Positions 1-9,593 of a stretch of 32,000 bases of DNA are shown here, one piece after another (within the stretch, counting starts at the first letter, position 1; each line of letters begins with the position of its first letter). A program made the translations under genes and the position numbers. The notes beneath the pieces are model-generated. The model did no database searches, was not told the origin of the DNA, and worked only from the letters and a program-made list of their open reading frames with translations. This DNA comes from Candidatus Saccharimonadota bacterium (GTDB taxonomy: Bacteria > Pseudomonadota > Gammaproteobacteria > Enterobacterales > Enterobacteriaceae): NCBI GenBank assembly GCA_000217635.1, contig CP001817.1, positions 90,001-122,000 on the forward strand, given 5' to 3'.

Positions 1-89
1 GTCAATCAATTACGGATTCCTGTTTAGGCTGGGAAGATAGTGTTTTAATTTTGGAAAAATTAGCTAAGTCAGTTAGTAGACGTTTTTAG
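1..89 (+). CDS. aroH: 3' end of DAHP synthase (3-deoxy-7-phosphoheptulonate synthase), truncated by the window edge
   Basis: Frame 3 reads QSITDSCLGWEDSVLILEKLAKSVSRRF, with stop TAG at 87-89. The ITD.C.GWED motif and the C-terminal length match enterobacterial AroH/AroG/AroF tails as I recall them. Confidence 0.55.
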   Translation, partial: QSITDSCLGWEDSVLILEKLAKSVSRRF

Positions 90-304
90 GTGTCTTTTTA
101 ATATTTATTATTGATATTTATAAAAATTATTATTTCATTATAGAATTTTTATAAAAAAATTAGATAAAAATTTTTAACAAAAAATAATATTTTAATATAA
201 ATCATTTTTTTATAAATAAATGTTGAAATATTTTATATTTATTTATTTCTATCTAAAAATAGAAGATTGTGTTTATATTTTTATAAAGTTGTGAAGGATT
301 AAAC

Positions 305-2242
305 ATGCCGGTTATTATGTTATGTAATGGAATAAGTAAAACTTATAAACGTGCGGTTTCTTTAAAAAAAATAATTCAAGATTTATATCCAGTTACAGAG
401 CATAAAAATTTTATAGCTGGGTCAATTAATAAAAAAATAATTGATTTAAATACATTAATAATATGCGACTCTGTAATAACATTAATTAAAGAAGATGATA
501 AAAAATTTTTATCAATGATTAGATATACTTTTATACAGTTATTAAATTATGTTTTAAAAGAAATGTGGCCTTCAATACAATTAGCGGGAGGAAAAATATC
601 TGATTCAGGATTTTTTTGTGATTTTTATTGCCCAGTTTCTTTAAATAAATCAGATCTTAAAAATATTTCAACAAATATGTCTGATAAAATTGCTTTGAAG
701 TATAATATTATTAAAAAAAAGTATGTAAAAATTGGTTTTTTTCTATTTTTAAAAAAAAATAATGAAAAATATAAACTTGATATTATTAAAGAAAAGTTAA
801 TACAATCTAAAACTATTAATATATGTTATCATGAAAAATATTTTGAAGAATATGACATATCTCCAGTTCCTAATATTTCATTTTGTAGTCATTTTATTAT
901 AAAAAATATATCAGGTGTTTATTGGAAAAATAATAAAAAAAAATATAATGTTACAGCGTATTCATGGTATTGCGTGGGCATCAAAAATCAATTATTAAAT
1001 TATATATTCTCTCTTAAAAAATTTGAACAACGTGATCACCGTAAGATAGCAAAAAGATTAAATTTATATCATATACAAAAAAATTCCCCTGGTATGATTT
1101 TTTGGCATCAAAATGGATTTATTATTTTCCAAGAACTAAAAAAATTTATTCGTATTAAATTAAAAAAATATTTATATTATGAGGTAAAAACTCCTATAGT
1201 GATTGATAAATCATTATGGAAAAAAAGCGGGCATTGGAAATTTTATAAAAATTCTATTTTTGTTACAAAGTCTGAAAATCAAGAATATTGTATTAAGCCT
1301 ATGAATTGTCCTGGACATGTACAGATTTTCAAACAAGGTATTAAATCATATAAAGATTTACCGATACGTATTGCGGAATTTGGTAGTTGTCATCGTAATG
1401 AGGCATCTGGTTCATTACATGGATTAATGAGGGTGCGTGGATTTACTCAAGATGATGCGCATATATTTTGTACAAACGAACAGGTAAAAACAGAATTAAA
1501 TTTTTGTATTAAAATATTATTTGAATTATATAATACTTTTGGTTTTAAAAAAATTACTGTAAAATTTTCTACCAGACCAATACAACGTATTGGACATGAT
1601 AAATTATGGGATCAAGCAGAAAAAGATTTAGAATCTGTATTAATTGAAAATAAATTGCCTTTTATTTATCAAAAAGGTGAAGGTGCCTTTTATGGTCCGA
1701 AAATTGAGATTGTTTTGGAAGATAGTTTAAAAAGATTATGGCAATGTGGTACTATTCAATTAGATTTTTATTTAGCAAAACAATTAAAAGCTTTTTATAT
1801 AGATAAAAATAATATTCGAAATTTTCCCATTATTATACACCGTGCTTTTTTAGGGTCTATTGAACGTTTTATTGGAATTTTAATTGAAGAATATAATGGT
1901 AGATTACCGGTATGGTTATCACCAGTACATGCGGTAGTTATGAGTATTTCTCAAAAAAATATTAATTTTGTTAAAAAAGTTACGAAATCATTAATAAAAA
2001 ATAGTATTCGTGTTATTTCTGAAATTTCAGAAAACAGTATTAATTTTAAAATACGTACATATGTTATGCAATATATACCATATTTATTAATATGCGGCGA
2101 TATAGAAGAAAAAAATAATTGTTTGACTATTCGATTACGTTCGGGTCGTCTTATTAAAATGCAAAAAATTGATGATTTTATAAAAAAAATTAAAGAAATA
2201 ATTTTTAATCGTAGTTGTTACGATTTTGATAGGGAGGATTAA
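305..2242 (+). CDS. thrS: threonyl-tRNA synthetase
   Basis: The 645-aa ORF is collinear end to end with E. coli ThrRS (642 aa). Matching segments include MPVI..., RDHRKI, CIKPMNCPGHVQIF, FGSCHRNE.SGSLHGLMRVRGFTQDDAHIF, GEGAFYGPKIE and IHRA.LGS.ERFIGIL.EE. It contains an out-of-frame patch at 944-982 (see findings). Confidence 0.95.
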   Translation: MPVIMLCNGISKTYKRAVSLKKIIQDLYPVTEHKNFIAGSINKKIIDLNTLIICDSVITLIKEDDKKFLSMIRYTFIQLLNYVLKEMWPSIQLAGGKISDSGFFCDFYCPVSLNKSDLKNISTNMSDKIALKYNIIKKKYVKIGFFLFLKKNNEKYKLDIIKEKLIQSKTINICYHEKYFEEYDISPVPNISFCSHFIIKNISGVYWKNNKKKYNVTAYSWYCVGIKNQLLNYIFSLKKFEQRDHRKIAKRLNLYHIQKNSPGMIFWHQNGFIIFQELKKFIRIKLKKYLYYEVKTPIVIDKSLWKKSGHWKFYKNSIFVTKSENQEYCIKPMNCPGHVQIFKQGIKSYKDLPIRIAEFGSCHRNEASGSLHGLMRVRGFTQDDAHIFCTNEQVKTELNFCIKILFELYNTFGFKKITVKFSTRPIQRIGHDKLWDQAEKDLESVLIENKLPFIYQKGEGAFYGPKIEIVLEDSLKRLWQCGTIQLDFYLAKQLKAFYIDKNNIRNFPIIIHRAFLGSIERFIGILIEEYNGRLPVWLSPVHAVVMSISQKNINFVKKVTKSLIKNSIRVISEISENSINFKIRTYVMQYIPYLLICGDIEEKNNCLTIRLRSGRLIKMQKIDDFIKKIKEIIFNRSCYDFDRED

Positions 2243-2245
2243 AGT

Positions 2246-2785
2246 ATTAAATTCAGAAAGAAAAATCAATTAATACACCCTCACCGTATAAATTATGAAA
2301 TTCGCTCGTTACAAGTGCGATTAACAAATTTAAATGGTGATTCTATGGGTATTGTTAACCTAAAAGATGCTTTAACTGAAGCAAAAGCATGCGGAGTAGA
2401 TTTAGTTGAAATAAGTCCAAATGCTGATCCTCCAGTATGTAAAATTATGAATTATGGAAAATTTCTTTATGAAAGAAGTAAAACTCTTAAACGTCAAAAG
2501 AAAAAACAAAAAGTTATACATATAAAAGAAATAAAATTTAGACCGAGTACTGAAGAAGGGGATTATAAAGTTAAATTACGTAATTTAATACGATTTTTAA
2601 AAGAAGGTAATAAAGTAAAAATTACTTTACGATTTCGTGGTCGTGAAATGGCACATCAATATATTGGAAGAAATTTATTATTACGTATAAAACAGGATTT
2701 AGATACTATTTCAATAGTTGAATTTTTTCCGACACGGATTGAAGGTCGTCAAATGGTTATGATGTTATCACCAAAGAAGATATAA
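2246..2785 (+). CDS. infC: translation initiation factor IF-3, with non-canonical AUU start
   Basis: The ORF track starts at GTG 2315, but the frame is open back to ATT 2246, just after the thrS stop (2240-2242). The extra residues (I)[26 protein letters not shown] align residue for residue with E. coli [27 protein letters not shown]. A Shine-Dalgarno sequence (GGGAGG) lies at 2232-2237. The AUU start is a known conserved feature of infC. Confidence 0.85.
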   Translation: MKFRKKNQLIHPHRINYEIRSLQVRLTNLNGDSMGIVNLKDALTEAKACGVDLVEISPNADPPVCKIMNYGKFLYERSKTLKRQKKKQKVIHIKEIKFRPSTEEGDYKVKLRNLIRFLKEGNKVKITLRFRGREMAHQYIGRNLLLRIKQDLDTISIVEFFPTRIEGRQMVMMLSPKKI

Positions 2786-2856
2786 TATGTATTTTTTTAA
2801 AGTTATAAATATTTATTATATTTAATTTTTTTTATTTATTTTTTTTGGAGTTCTTG

Positions 2857-3054
2857 ATGTTTAAAATGAAAACATTACGTAGTGCTGCGAAAAGATTTAA
2901 AAAAACAGCTACTGGACGTTTTAAACGTAAACAAGCAAATTTAAGACATATTTTAACAAAAAAAACTACTGCTTGTAAACGTCATCTTCGCTCTAAAATT
3001 GTTATATCACCTTCTGATCATAATGCGGTTTTAACCTTTTTTCCATATAGATAG
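2857..3054 (+). CDS. rpmI: 50S ribosomal protein L35
   Basis: [17 protein letters not shown]...[10 protein letters not shown] matches E. coli L35 ([17 protein letters not shown]...). GGAG at 2847-2850 sits 6 nt upstream of ATG 2857. The TTG 2845 in the ORF track is probably an over-extension. Confidence 0.9.
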   Translation: MFKMKTLRSAAKRFKKTATGRFKRKQANLRHILTKKTTACKRHLRSKIVISPSDHNAVLTFFPYR

Positions 3055-3113
3055 AAATAAAAAAGGACAATAGATATTACTATATATATTTATGTAATTG
3101 GAGGTTATTATTT

Positions 3114-3476
3114 ATGACACGTATAAAAAGAGGTGTTACCGCTCATGCGCGTCACAAAAAAGTTTTAAAACAAGCAAAGGGATATTATGGAGCTCGTTCT
3201 CGTGTATATCGAGTAGCATGTCAAGCCGTTATTAAAGCGGGGCAATATGCTTACCGAGATAGGCGTCAAAAAAAACGACAATTTAGAAAATTATGGATTA
3301 TCAGAATTAATGCTGCCGCACATAACTATGATCTTTCATACAATAAATTTATGTATGGCTTAAAAAAAGCATCTATTATAGTTAATCGTAAAATATTATC
3401 TGATTCTACAATTTCTGATATACCTTTGTTTAAATTATTAATAGAAAAATCAAAAGAATCGTTGCGTAGTAAGTAA
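3114..3476 (+). CDS. rplT: 50S ribosomal protein L20
   Basis: [57 protein letters not shown] is near-identical to E. coli L20. GGAGG lies upstream. Confidence 0.95.
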   Translation: MTRIKRGVTAHARHKKVLKQAKGYYGARSRVYRVACQAVIKAGQYAYRDRRQKKRQFRKLWIIRINAAAHNYDLSYNKFMYGLKKASIIVNRKILSDSTISDIPLFKLLIEKSKESLRSK

Positions 3477-3507
3477 ATATAAATTGTGTTATTAAAAAAT
3501 ATTTATA

Positions 3508-3531
3508 AGGGAGAAACCAATCTCCCTTTTT
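3508..3531 (+). terminator. rho-independent terminator-like hairpin downstream of rplT
   Basis: AAGGGAGA (3508-3515) pairs with TCTCCCTT (3521-3528) and is followed by a T-run. The stem is GC-rich in an otherwise AT-rich spacer. It occupies the position of the rplT terminator / pheST attenuator in E. coli. Confidence 0.6.
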
Positions 3532-3600
3532 AAAAAGTATAAAAATTTAAATATATTATTACGCATATTTTTTATAAATTTATTATTTTGGTACAAAATT

Positions 3601-4608
3601 TTGAAATCTGAAGCTAAATTAATTAATTATACGGATCGCTTATTTTCTATATTTTTATCAGATTTAAAAAAAATCTATACGAATGATAAATTAAATCAAT
3701 GTAAATCTAAATATTTAGGTAAAAATAGTTTTTTATTGCGTTATTTAAAAAAATTATCTGCTTTAGATTTTGATTTAAAAATTAAGTATAGTAAAATTTT
3801 AAATATTATGAAAAAAAAATTCAATATTATATTTTATCTCGAAAAAAAATATATCAAAGATTATATGAATTTGAATAGAACAAATAAAAAATACTTTGAT
3901 GTTTCGTTACCTGGACGAAAAATTGACTATGGTTGTTTACATCCTATTACTTTAGTAATTAATGATATAGAAAGATTTTTTTATTATCTTGGCTTTTTAA
4001 CATATCACGGTCCTGAATTAGAAGATGTATATCATAATTTTGATGCGTTAAATGTTCCAATGCATCATCCTGCTCGCGATAAAAGTGATACATTTTGGTT
4101 TGATTCTAAACGTTTGTTACGAACTCAAACATCTAATATGCAAATAAGAATTTTAGAAAAAAATTCATGTCCAATAAAATTTATAGTACCTGGCAAAGTA
4201 TATCGTCGAGATTCAGATCAAACACATACACCAATGTTTCATCAAGTTGAAGGTTTAATAATTGATAAATCGATTTCTTTTTCAAATATAAAATGGATAT
4301 TACAAAATTTTATATGTCAATTTTTTCAGAATCAAAATCTTGTTTTTCGTTTTAGAAGTTCATATTTTCCATTTACTATCCCTTCAGCGGAAATGGATAT
4401 CCAAACATCTTCTGGAAGTTGGTTAGAGGTGTTAGGATTTGGAATGATACACCCAAATGTTTTAAAAAATTTTAATATTGATAATAAAAAATATTCAGCC
4501 TGTGCATTTGGTATCGGTGTAGAACGAATAGCTATGATAAAGTATTCGGTTTCTGATATCCGTTTATTTTTTGAAAATGATATACGTTTTTTAAAACAAT
4601 TTGTTTAA
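3601..4608 (+). CDS. pheS: phenylalanyl-tRNA synthetase alpha subunit
   Basis: DVSLPGR, LHP, HNFDALN.P.HHPAR, DTFWFD..RLLRTQTS, THTPMFHQ.EGL, SYFPFT.PSAE and FEND.RFLKQF all match E. coli PheS. The start is uncertain: TTG 3601 is the only canonical start before the conserved region, and the N-terminus is about 7 aa longer than in E. coli. Confidence 0.9.
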   Translation: MKSEAKLINYTDRLFSIFLSDLKKIYTNDKLNQCKSKYLGKNSFLLRYLKKLSALDFDLKIKYSKILNIMKKKFNIIFYLEKKYIKDYMNLNRTNKKYFDVSLPGRKIDYGCLHPITLVINDIERFFYYLGFLTYHGPELEDVYHNFDALNVPMHHPARDKSDTFWFDSKRLLRTQTSNMQIRILEKNSCPIKFIVPGKVYRRDSDQTHTPMFHQVEGLIIDKSISFSNIKWILQNFICQFFQNQNLVFRFRSSYFPFTIPSAEMDIQTSSGSWLEVLGFGMIHPNVLKNFNIDNKKYSACAFGIGVERIAMIKYSVSDIRLFFENDIRFLKQFV

Positions 4609-4623
4609 TAGTGAGAATAAGCA

Positions 4624-7020
4624 ATGAAATTTGGAGCAGATTGGTTAAAAAAATGGATTAATTTACCTATTTCAAATCAATATATGTATGAAAATATGAC
4701 AATTTCTGGTTTAGAAGTTGAACAGATTTTAAATGATTTAATGATAAAATTTACTAATGTTTTTGTGGGTAAAATTATATCAAAATTTATACATTTTAAA
4801 AATTTAAAATATATGGTATATCTTGTAAAGATTAAAGATAATATAAATGTTAAAATTTTAGATAAAAGAAAAAAATATAGTATAGGAACAAAAATTTTAG
4901 TTGCTTTAGTTGGAGCAAAGTTACCGAACGATTTAAAAATTAAAAAAATATATATTGATGGTATTAGTTCATCTGGAGTTTTTTGTTTTTTTCAAGATTT
5001 AGGGATAAAATTAAAAAATAATAATATAAATATGTCATTACAAAATTTAAAAACAGGTATAAATTTTTTTAATTATTTATATAAAAATATAATAAAAGTA
5101 ACATTTCCTATTAATCGAATAGATTTACGTTCTATTATAGGAATTGCTCGAGATATAGCTATAATACACAATACACCATTACCTGAAATTCTATATTCTC
5201 CTATTTGTGTTTATAAATTACCATATAAACATCATATAATGATTGATCATTATGAGATTCCAATGCAGTATATTTCACGGGAAATATATTCAATTAATAT
5301 CCAAAAACCTTTGCCATTTAAAATATATCAACGTTTAAAAAAATTTGGTTTTAAATTTGACAATAATAATTTAATAAATATCATAAATTATGTTTATATA
5401 GAAACTGGTTATTGGTTACATGTATTGGATGCAGACCTGTTATGTGGTAATATATCATTAAAATATCACTCTGATATAAACAATAAACATATCAAATATA
5501 ATGATGATTTAAACATACATACTAATTCTATTATTCTCCAAGATGAAAAACAAATATTAACATATGATGATATGAATCATATTAAACATGCATATATATC
5601 TAATAATACAAAAAATATTTTTTTAGGATCTTTGTGTATACATTCATCTTTTTTAAATAATTCATCTATCATTATAGGGAATAAAGAAAAAAAACTTGAG
5701 TATTTAAAGTATAATATTATTCCTGAAATACAATTAAATACAATAGAGTATTGTACAAAATTAATTATTAAAATATTTGGAGGATCACCTACTATAATAC
5801 AAATAAAAAATGTATTATTTTCAAAATTCTTAATTTCTTCTATTATGCTCAATTTAGATCAACTTAATAAAATTACTGGTTATCATTTTACTAAAAAAAA
5901 TGTTATTAAAATTTTAGAAAAATGTAAATTTCAATATATATATAAAAATAATAATAATTTTTTAATTAAACCGCCTTTTTGGCGTACAGATATTACCATT
6001 GAAGATGATATTATCGGAGAAATAGTACGTATATATGATTGTAATAATATTATTGCTTTTCCTCCGAATCATAATTCAATTTTATTAAAAAACTATCATA
6101 ATAAAGATAACATATTATTTCGTGCAAAGTTATTTTTAATTAATCAAGGATATTATGAAATTATTTCTTATAGTTTTATTGATCCTAAATTACAAAAGAT
6201 ATTTTTTCCAAAACACAAATATTTTAAGATTATTAACCCTCTATCTTTAGATATGTCGGTTATGCGTTTATCTTTATGGATTGGTTTAATTCGTTGTATC
6301 GCATACAACCAAAATCGTCAGAATAAATCTCTTAGAATTTTTGAGACTGGATTATGTTTTTTATCAGATACATCAAAAAATTTAGGTGTACATCAAGAAA
6401 AACATATATCAGGTGCTATCAGTGGTTATACTAATTATCGTGCTTGGAACATGCCTTATAAAAAGTTTGATTTTTATGATTTGAAAGGCATTGCAGAATC
6501 TATATTAAGAATATATGGATTAACTGAGGTAGTTGAATTTGTTTTGGAAGATTTTTCTGGTTTAACACCAGAATTTAGTACTGGTATTTATATTTCCAAT
6601 AAATTAGTCGGACGTATAGGAGTATTAGATACTTCTTTTCATGAAATATTTAATTTAATAGATTCAGTGATTTTATTTGAAATATTCTATACTAAATTAT
6701 TTTTAAATAATTCAATATTAATTAAATCGGTTTCTGATCTACCGACAAGTAAGCGAGATCTTTCTATTATTGTATCAGATTTTATAAAAAGTATTGATAT
6801 TATCAATGTTTGTAAAAATAATATTTCTTTAAAAAATGTTGAAATATATATATATGACGTATATTATAGTGTAAATTTTCCTAAGGGAAAAAAAAGTGTT
6901 TCTATTCGTTTTATTTTTGAAACTAAAAAAATGATGTTAATAGAGCAGGAAATTAATATAAATATTAAAAAATGTATTTCAGTATTAAAAACCCAATTTC
7001 AGGCGATTTTAAGAGATTAA
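4624..7020 (+). CDS. pheT: phenylalanyl-tRNA synthetase beta subunit
   Basis: 798 aa versus 795 in E. coli. MKF...WL..W, PNR.D, FWRTDI.IEDD, MRLSLW.GL, YNQNRQ, FYDLKG and the C-terminal FQA.LRD match. The editing-domain motifs are strongly diverged (see findings). Confidence 0.93.
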   Translation: MKFGADWLKKWINLPISNQYMYENMTISGLEVEQILNDLMIKFTNVFVGKIISKFIHFKNLKYMVYLVKIKDNINVKILDKRKKYSIGTKILVALVGAKLPNDLKIKKIYIDGISSSGVFCFFQDLGIKLKNNNINMSLQNLKTGINFFNYLYKNIIKVTFPINRIDLRSIIGIARDIAIIHNTPLPEILYSPICVYKLPYKHHIMIDHYEIPMQYISREIYSINIQKPLPFKIYQRLKKFGFKFDNNNLINIINYVYIETGYWLHVLDADLLCGNISLKYHSDINNKHIKYNDDLNIHTNSIILQDEKQILTYDDMNHIKHAYISNNTKNIFLGSLCIHSSFLNNSSIIIGNKEKKLEYLKYNIIPEIQLNTIEYCTKLIIKIFGGSPTIIQIKNVLFSKFLISSIMLNLDQLNKITGYHFTKKNVIKILEKCKFQYIYKNNNNFLIKPPFWRTDITIEDDIIGEIVRIYDCNNIIAFPPNHNSILLKNYHNKDNILFRAKLFLINQGYYEIISYSFIDPKLQKIFFPKHKYFKIINPLSLDMSVMRLSLWIGLIRCIAYNQNRQNKSLRIFETGLCFLSDTSKNLGVHQEKHISGAISGYTNYRAWNMPYKKFDFYDLKGIAESILRIYGLTEVVEFVLEDFSGLTPEFSTGIYISNKLVGRIGVLDTSFHEIFNLIDSVILFEIFYTKLFLNNSILIKSVSDLPTSKRDLSIIVSDFIKSIDIINVCKNNISLKNVEIYIYDVYYSVNFPKGKKSVSIRFIFETKKMMLIEQEININIKKCISVLKTQFQAILRD

Positions 7021-7024
7021 ATTC

Positions 7025-7333
7025 ATGGTATTAACTAAAGCAGAAATTTCAGAATATTTATTTAATAAGTTTAAATTAACTAGACAGGATATTAAAGATT
7101 TAGTAGAAATTTTTTTTGAAGAAATGCGTTGTGCATTAGAATTAGGAGAACAAGTAAAATTATCTGGGTTTGGAAATTTTTATTTAAGAAATAAAAAATC
7201 GCGACCAGGACGAAATCCTAAAACCGGTGAAAATATTCCAATTTCAGCAAGAAGAGTGGTGATATTTAAACCGGGTCAAAAACTTCGAAAAAGAGTTGGG
7301 ACATTAAAATATATACAATCTAAGAATAAATAA
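7025..7333 (+). CDS. ihfA: integration host factor alpha subunit
   Basis: M.LTKAE.SEYLF.K......[52 protein letters not shown] matches E. coli IhfA. Confidence 0.93.
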   Translation: MVLTKAEISEYLFNKFKLTRQDIKDLVEIFFEEMRCALELGEQVKLSGFGNFYLRNKKSRPGRNPKTGENIPISARRVVIFKPGQKLRKRVGTLKYIQSKNK

Positions 7334-7400
7334 TATTATATGACTTTATTTTTATCAGTATTCACTACATTAATTAAATATTAATAATAATAACATTATA

Positions 7401-9554
7401 TTAAATATAAATTGTATAAAAAATGATCCAAATGAATTGGATCATAAAAATCTTAATTAATAAATTTTTTAATAGTATTTTATAAATAATAAAAATTAGT
7501 GATATATAAAAATATATTTTTATATTTCCTAAAATAGATAATCTAAATTTTCTTTTCTTTTTATTTTTATCATAAATAAATGATGTATCGAAAAAACTAT
7601 TTATTATTATTACTAATTTTTCTATATGAGAAACTATTATAGAATATTTTTTTTTATTTTTGATATCATTATAAATATTATTTAGTGACTTGATTAATAT
7701 CTCTTCTATAGAAGTAAGATTATTATGGTTTTTTATTTTCGGGAAATCGCTATACATTGTAAAATAATCTGGTTGATTTTTTAAGATATTTTCAACTCTT
7801 TTAAAAGTTTTTATGATCGGATCAATTTTTTTTTGTTTATATAATTTTTCTAAAATTAAAATTCTGGAATGTATATCGATAAAATCAATAGTATTTAAAG
7901 CAAAAACAGATTGTATGATTTTTTTATCACAACCCTTTTTTTCTAAAAAATGTTTAAATTTTGATAATATAAATTTTAATACATTCTTTTGAATTTGTTT
8001 TTTATTAGTAATATGTGAATATATATGAATAGATTTTTTTATCAATTGTACAATATTAATATTAAGTTCTTTTTCTATAATTATACGTATGATACCAATG
8101 GTAGCTCTACGTAATGCAAAGGGATCATTATGATTTTTTAATTTTTTTTCTAAACTAAAAATCCCAGTTATTGTATCTATTTTTTCAGCAATACTTAGAG
8201 CATAAGAAATGGGTTGTGTAGGTAAATTTGCTGTTGAGGTATTTGGTAGATATTGCTCTTTAATAGCTAGTGCTACTGTTTTTTTTTCTTTATTTTTGAT
8301 TGCATAATACATTCCAATACTACCTTGTAATTCTGGATATTCAATAATCATATATGTAGTTAAATCACATTTTGACAATAACGCTGCACGTTCTGTATCG
8401 CTAACATTAGCATTTATTTGTTTAGCAATATATATACTAATTAAACGTATTCGATTAGTTTTATCGTACATAGATCCTAATTTTTTTTTAAAGCATATAT
8501 TTTTTAATAATAATAATCTATCAAAAAATGGTATATTTAAATCTTTTTTTAAAAAAAATATAACATTGCTTAATTTAGATTTTAAAACACTTTCATTACC
8601 TTGAATAATGTTATTAGGATTTTTTGTTTCTATATTACTAATAAAAATAAATTTAGTTAAAATTTTTTTATTAATAACATCATATAAAGGAAAGTATTTT
8701 TGACATGCCTCCATTGTATGAATTAATATTTTTTTTTGGTATATCAAGATATTTTTTATTGAATTTCCATAAAGAATAACTGGCCATTCTACTGACGATG
8801 TTACTTCATTCAATTGTTTTTTATGAATTTTCGGTATACTATATAATTTTTTTGCTAATTTTATAATTTCATCTTTTATAAAATTTTTTCTTTTTTCATA
8901 ATTTATCATTACATAAAATTGATAAAAAAATTTTGATCTGTATTGTTTTGCACAGTTTATTTCAATTTTTTGAGGATTCATAAATACATGGCCTCGAGAA
9001 AATCGATTAGATGATAGATTAAAAATATTTATTGGAATAATTTGATCGTCCAATAATGCAATAATATTTCTAATAGGTCTTGAAAATTGAAATTTTTCTT
9101 CATTCCAATGCATAGTTTTTTTTGATGGTATATGAACTAATACATACAAAATAATTTTTTTAACTGTTCTAATAAGGAAATATTTTTTATATTTTGTTTT
9201 ACAAGTTAAGTATTTTTTTTTATTAATTGTTAAAGATTTTGCATCTTTTATATTGATACCGCAATGTTGAGCCCAGGAAAGAGCGATCGGTGTTGCATTT
9301 CCTTTTTCAGTAAAAGAATGATCTAATAACGGTCCTTTTTTACGTATTTCTTTATATTTTTGAATATAGTGTATCGAACAAATAGTAATAGCTAATCTTC
9401 GCGGGGTGGCAAATGATTTTATCATATCATATTGAATCTTATTTTTTTTAATGTTTTTTTTAAATATTTTTAAAAAAGATTTAGAAATACTTTTTAATTC
9501 TTGTGCTGGTAAATCTTCTATATATAATTCTAATAAAAAATCGTGCTTTTTCAT
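7401..9554 (-). CDS. glyS: glycyl-tRNA synthetase beta subunit. The annotated ORF carries an internal out-of-frame patch and a 3' frameshift, with the inferred ancestral stop at 7480-7482.
   Basis: Collinear with E. coli GlyS: ATPRRLA, VEWPV, QKYFP, NIE.K.P..II.GNE, LSKCDL.T.M..E, DPFALRRA. The ORF is 717 aa versus 689 in E. coli, and the excess is a hydrophobic tail created by a frame jump at the A5 run (7517-7521). Confidence 0.9.
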   Translation of the reverse strand: MKKHDFLLELYIEDLPAQELKSISKSFLKIFKKNIKKNKIQYDMIKSFATPRRLAITICSIHYIQKYKEIRKKGPLLDHSFTEKGNATPIALSWAQHCGINIKDAKSLTINKKKYLTCKTKYKKYFLIRTVKKIILYVLVHIPSKKTMHWNEEKFQFSRPIRNIIALLDDQIIPINIFNLSSNRFSRGHVFMNPQKIEINCAKQYRSKFFYQFYVMINYEKRKNFIKDEIIKLAKKLYSIPKIHKKQLNEVTSSVEWPVILYGNSIKNILIYQKKILIHTMEACQKYFPLYDVINKKILTKFIFISNIETKNPNNIIQGNESVLKSKLSNVIFFLKKDLNIPFFDRLLLLKNICFKKKLGSMYDKTNRIRLISIYIAKQINANVSDTERAALLSKCDLTTYMIIEYPELQGSIGMYYAIKNKEKKTVALAIKEQYLPNTSTANLPTQPISYALSIAEKIDTITGIFSLEKKLKNHNDPFALRRATIGIIRIIIEKELNINIVQLIKKSIHIYSHITNKKQIQKNVLKFILSKFKHFLEKKGCDKKIIQSVFALNTIDFIDIHSRILILEKLYKQKKIDPIIKTFKRVENILKNQPDYFTMYSDFPKIKNHNNLTSIEEILIKSLNNIYNDIKNKKKYSIIVSHIEKLVIIINSFFDTSFIYDKNKKKRKFRLSILGNIKIYFYISLIFIIYKILLKNLLIKIFMIQFIWIIFYTIYI
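7417..7445 (-). terminator. rho-independent terminator for glyS, lying inside the non-ancestral ORF tail
   Basis: On the minus strand, ATGATCCA (7445-7438) pairs with TGGATCAT (7430-7423) around a 7-nt loop. A T-run follows (complement of the A-run at 7418-7422). It lies downstream of the inferred ancestral glyS stop at 7480-7482. Confidence 0.6.
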
Positions 9555-9593
9555 ATTCAGAAACCTCTTATCTGGGTATCGTGTTCGTATATT

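Noticed and set aside
5577-5852. A 91-aa ORF antisense to pheT.
   Set aside because: It lies entirely inside the well-supported pheT CDS and has low-complexity I/F/K/N-rich composition with no recognisable motif. This is a typical chance ORF in AT-rich DNA.
9155-9188. A possible additional compensated patch in glyS between A6 (9183-9188) and A7 (9155-9161). The hidden frame is NISLLEQLKK and the genomic frame is YFLIRTVKK.
   Set aside because: The region is poorly conserved even in E. coli, and the hidden frame gains only ~2 extra identities. That is not enough to claim from sequence alone.
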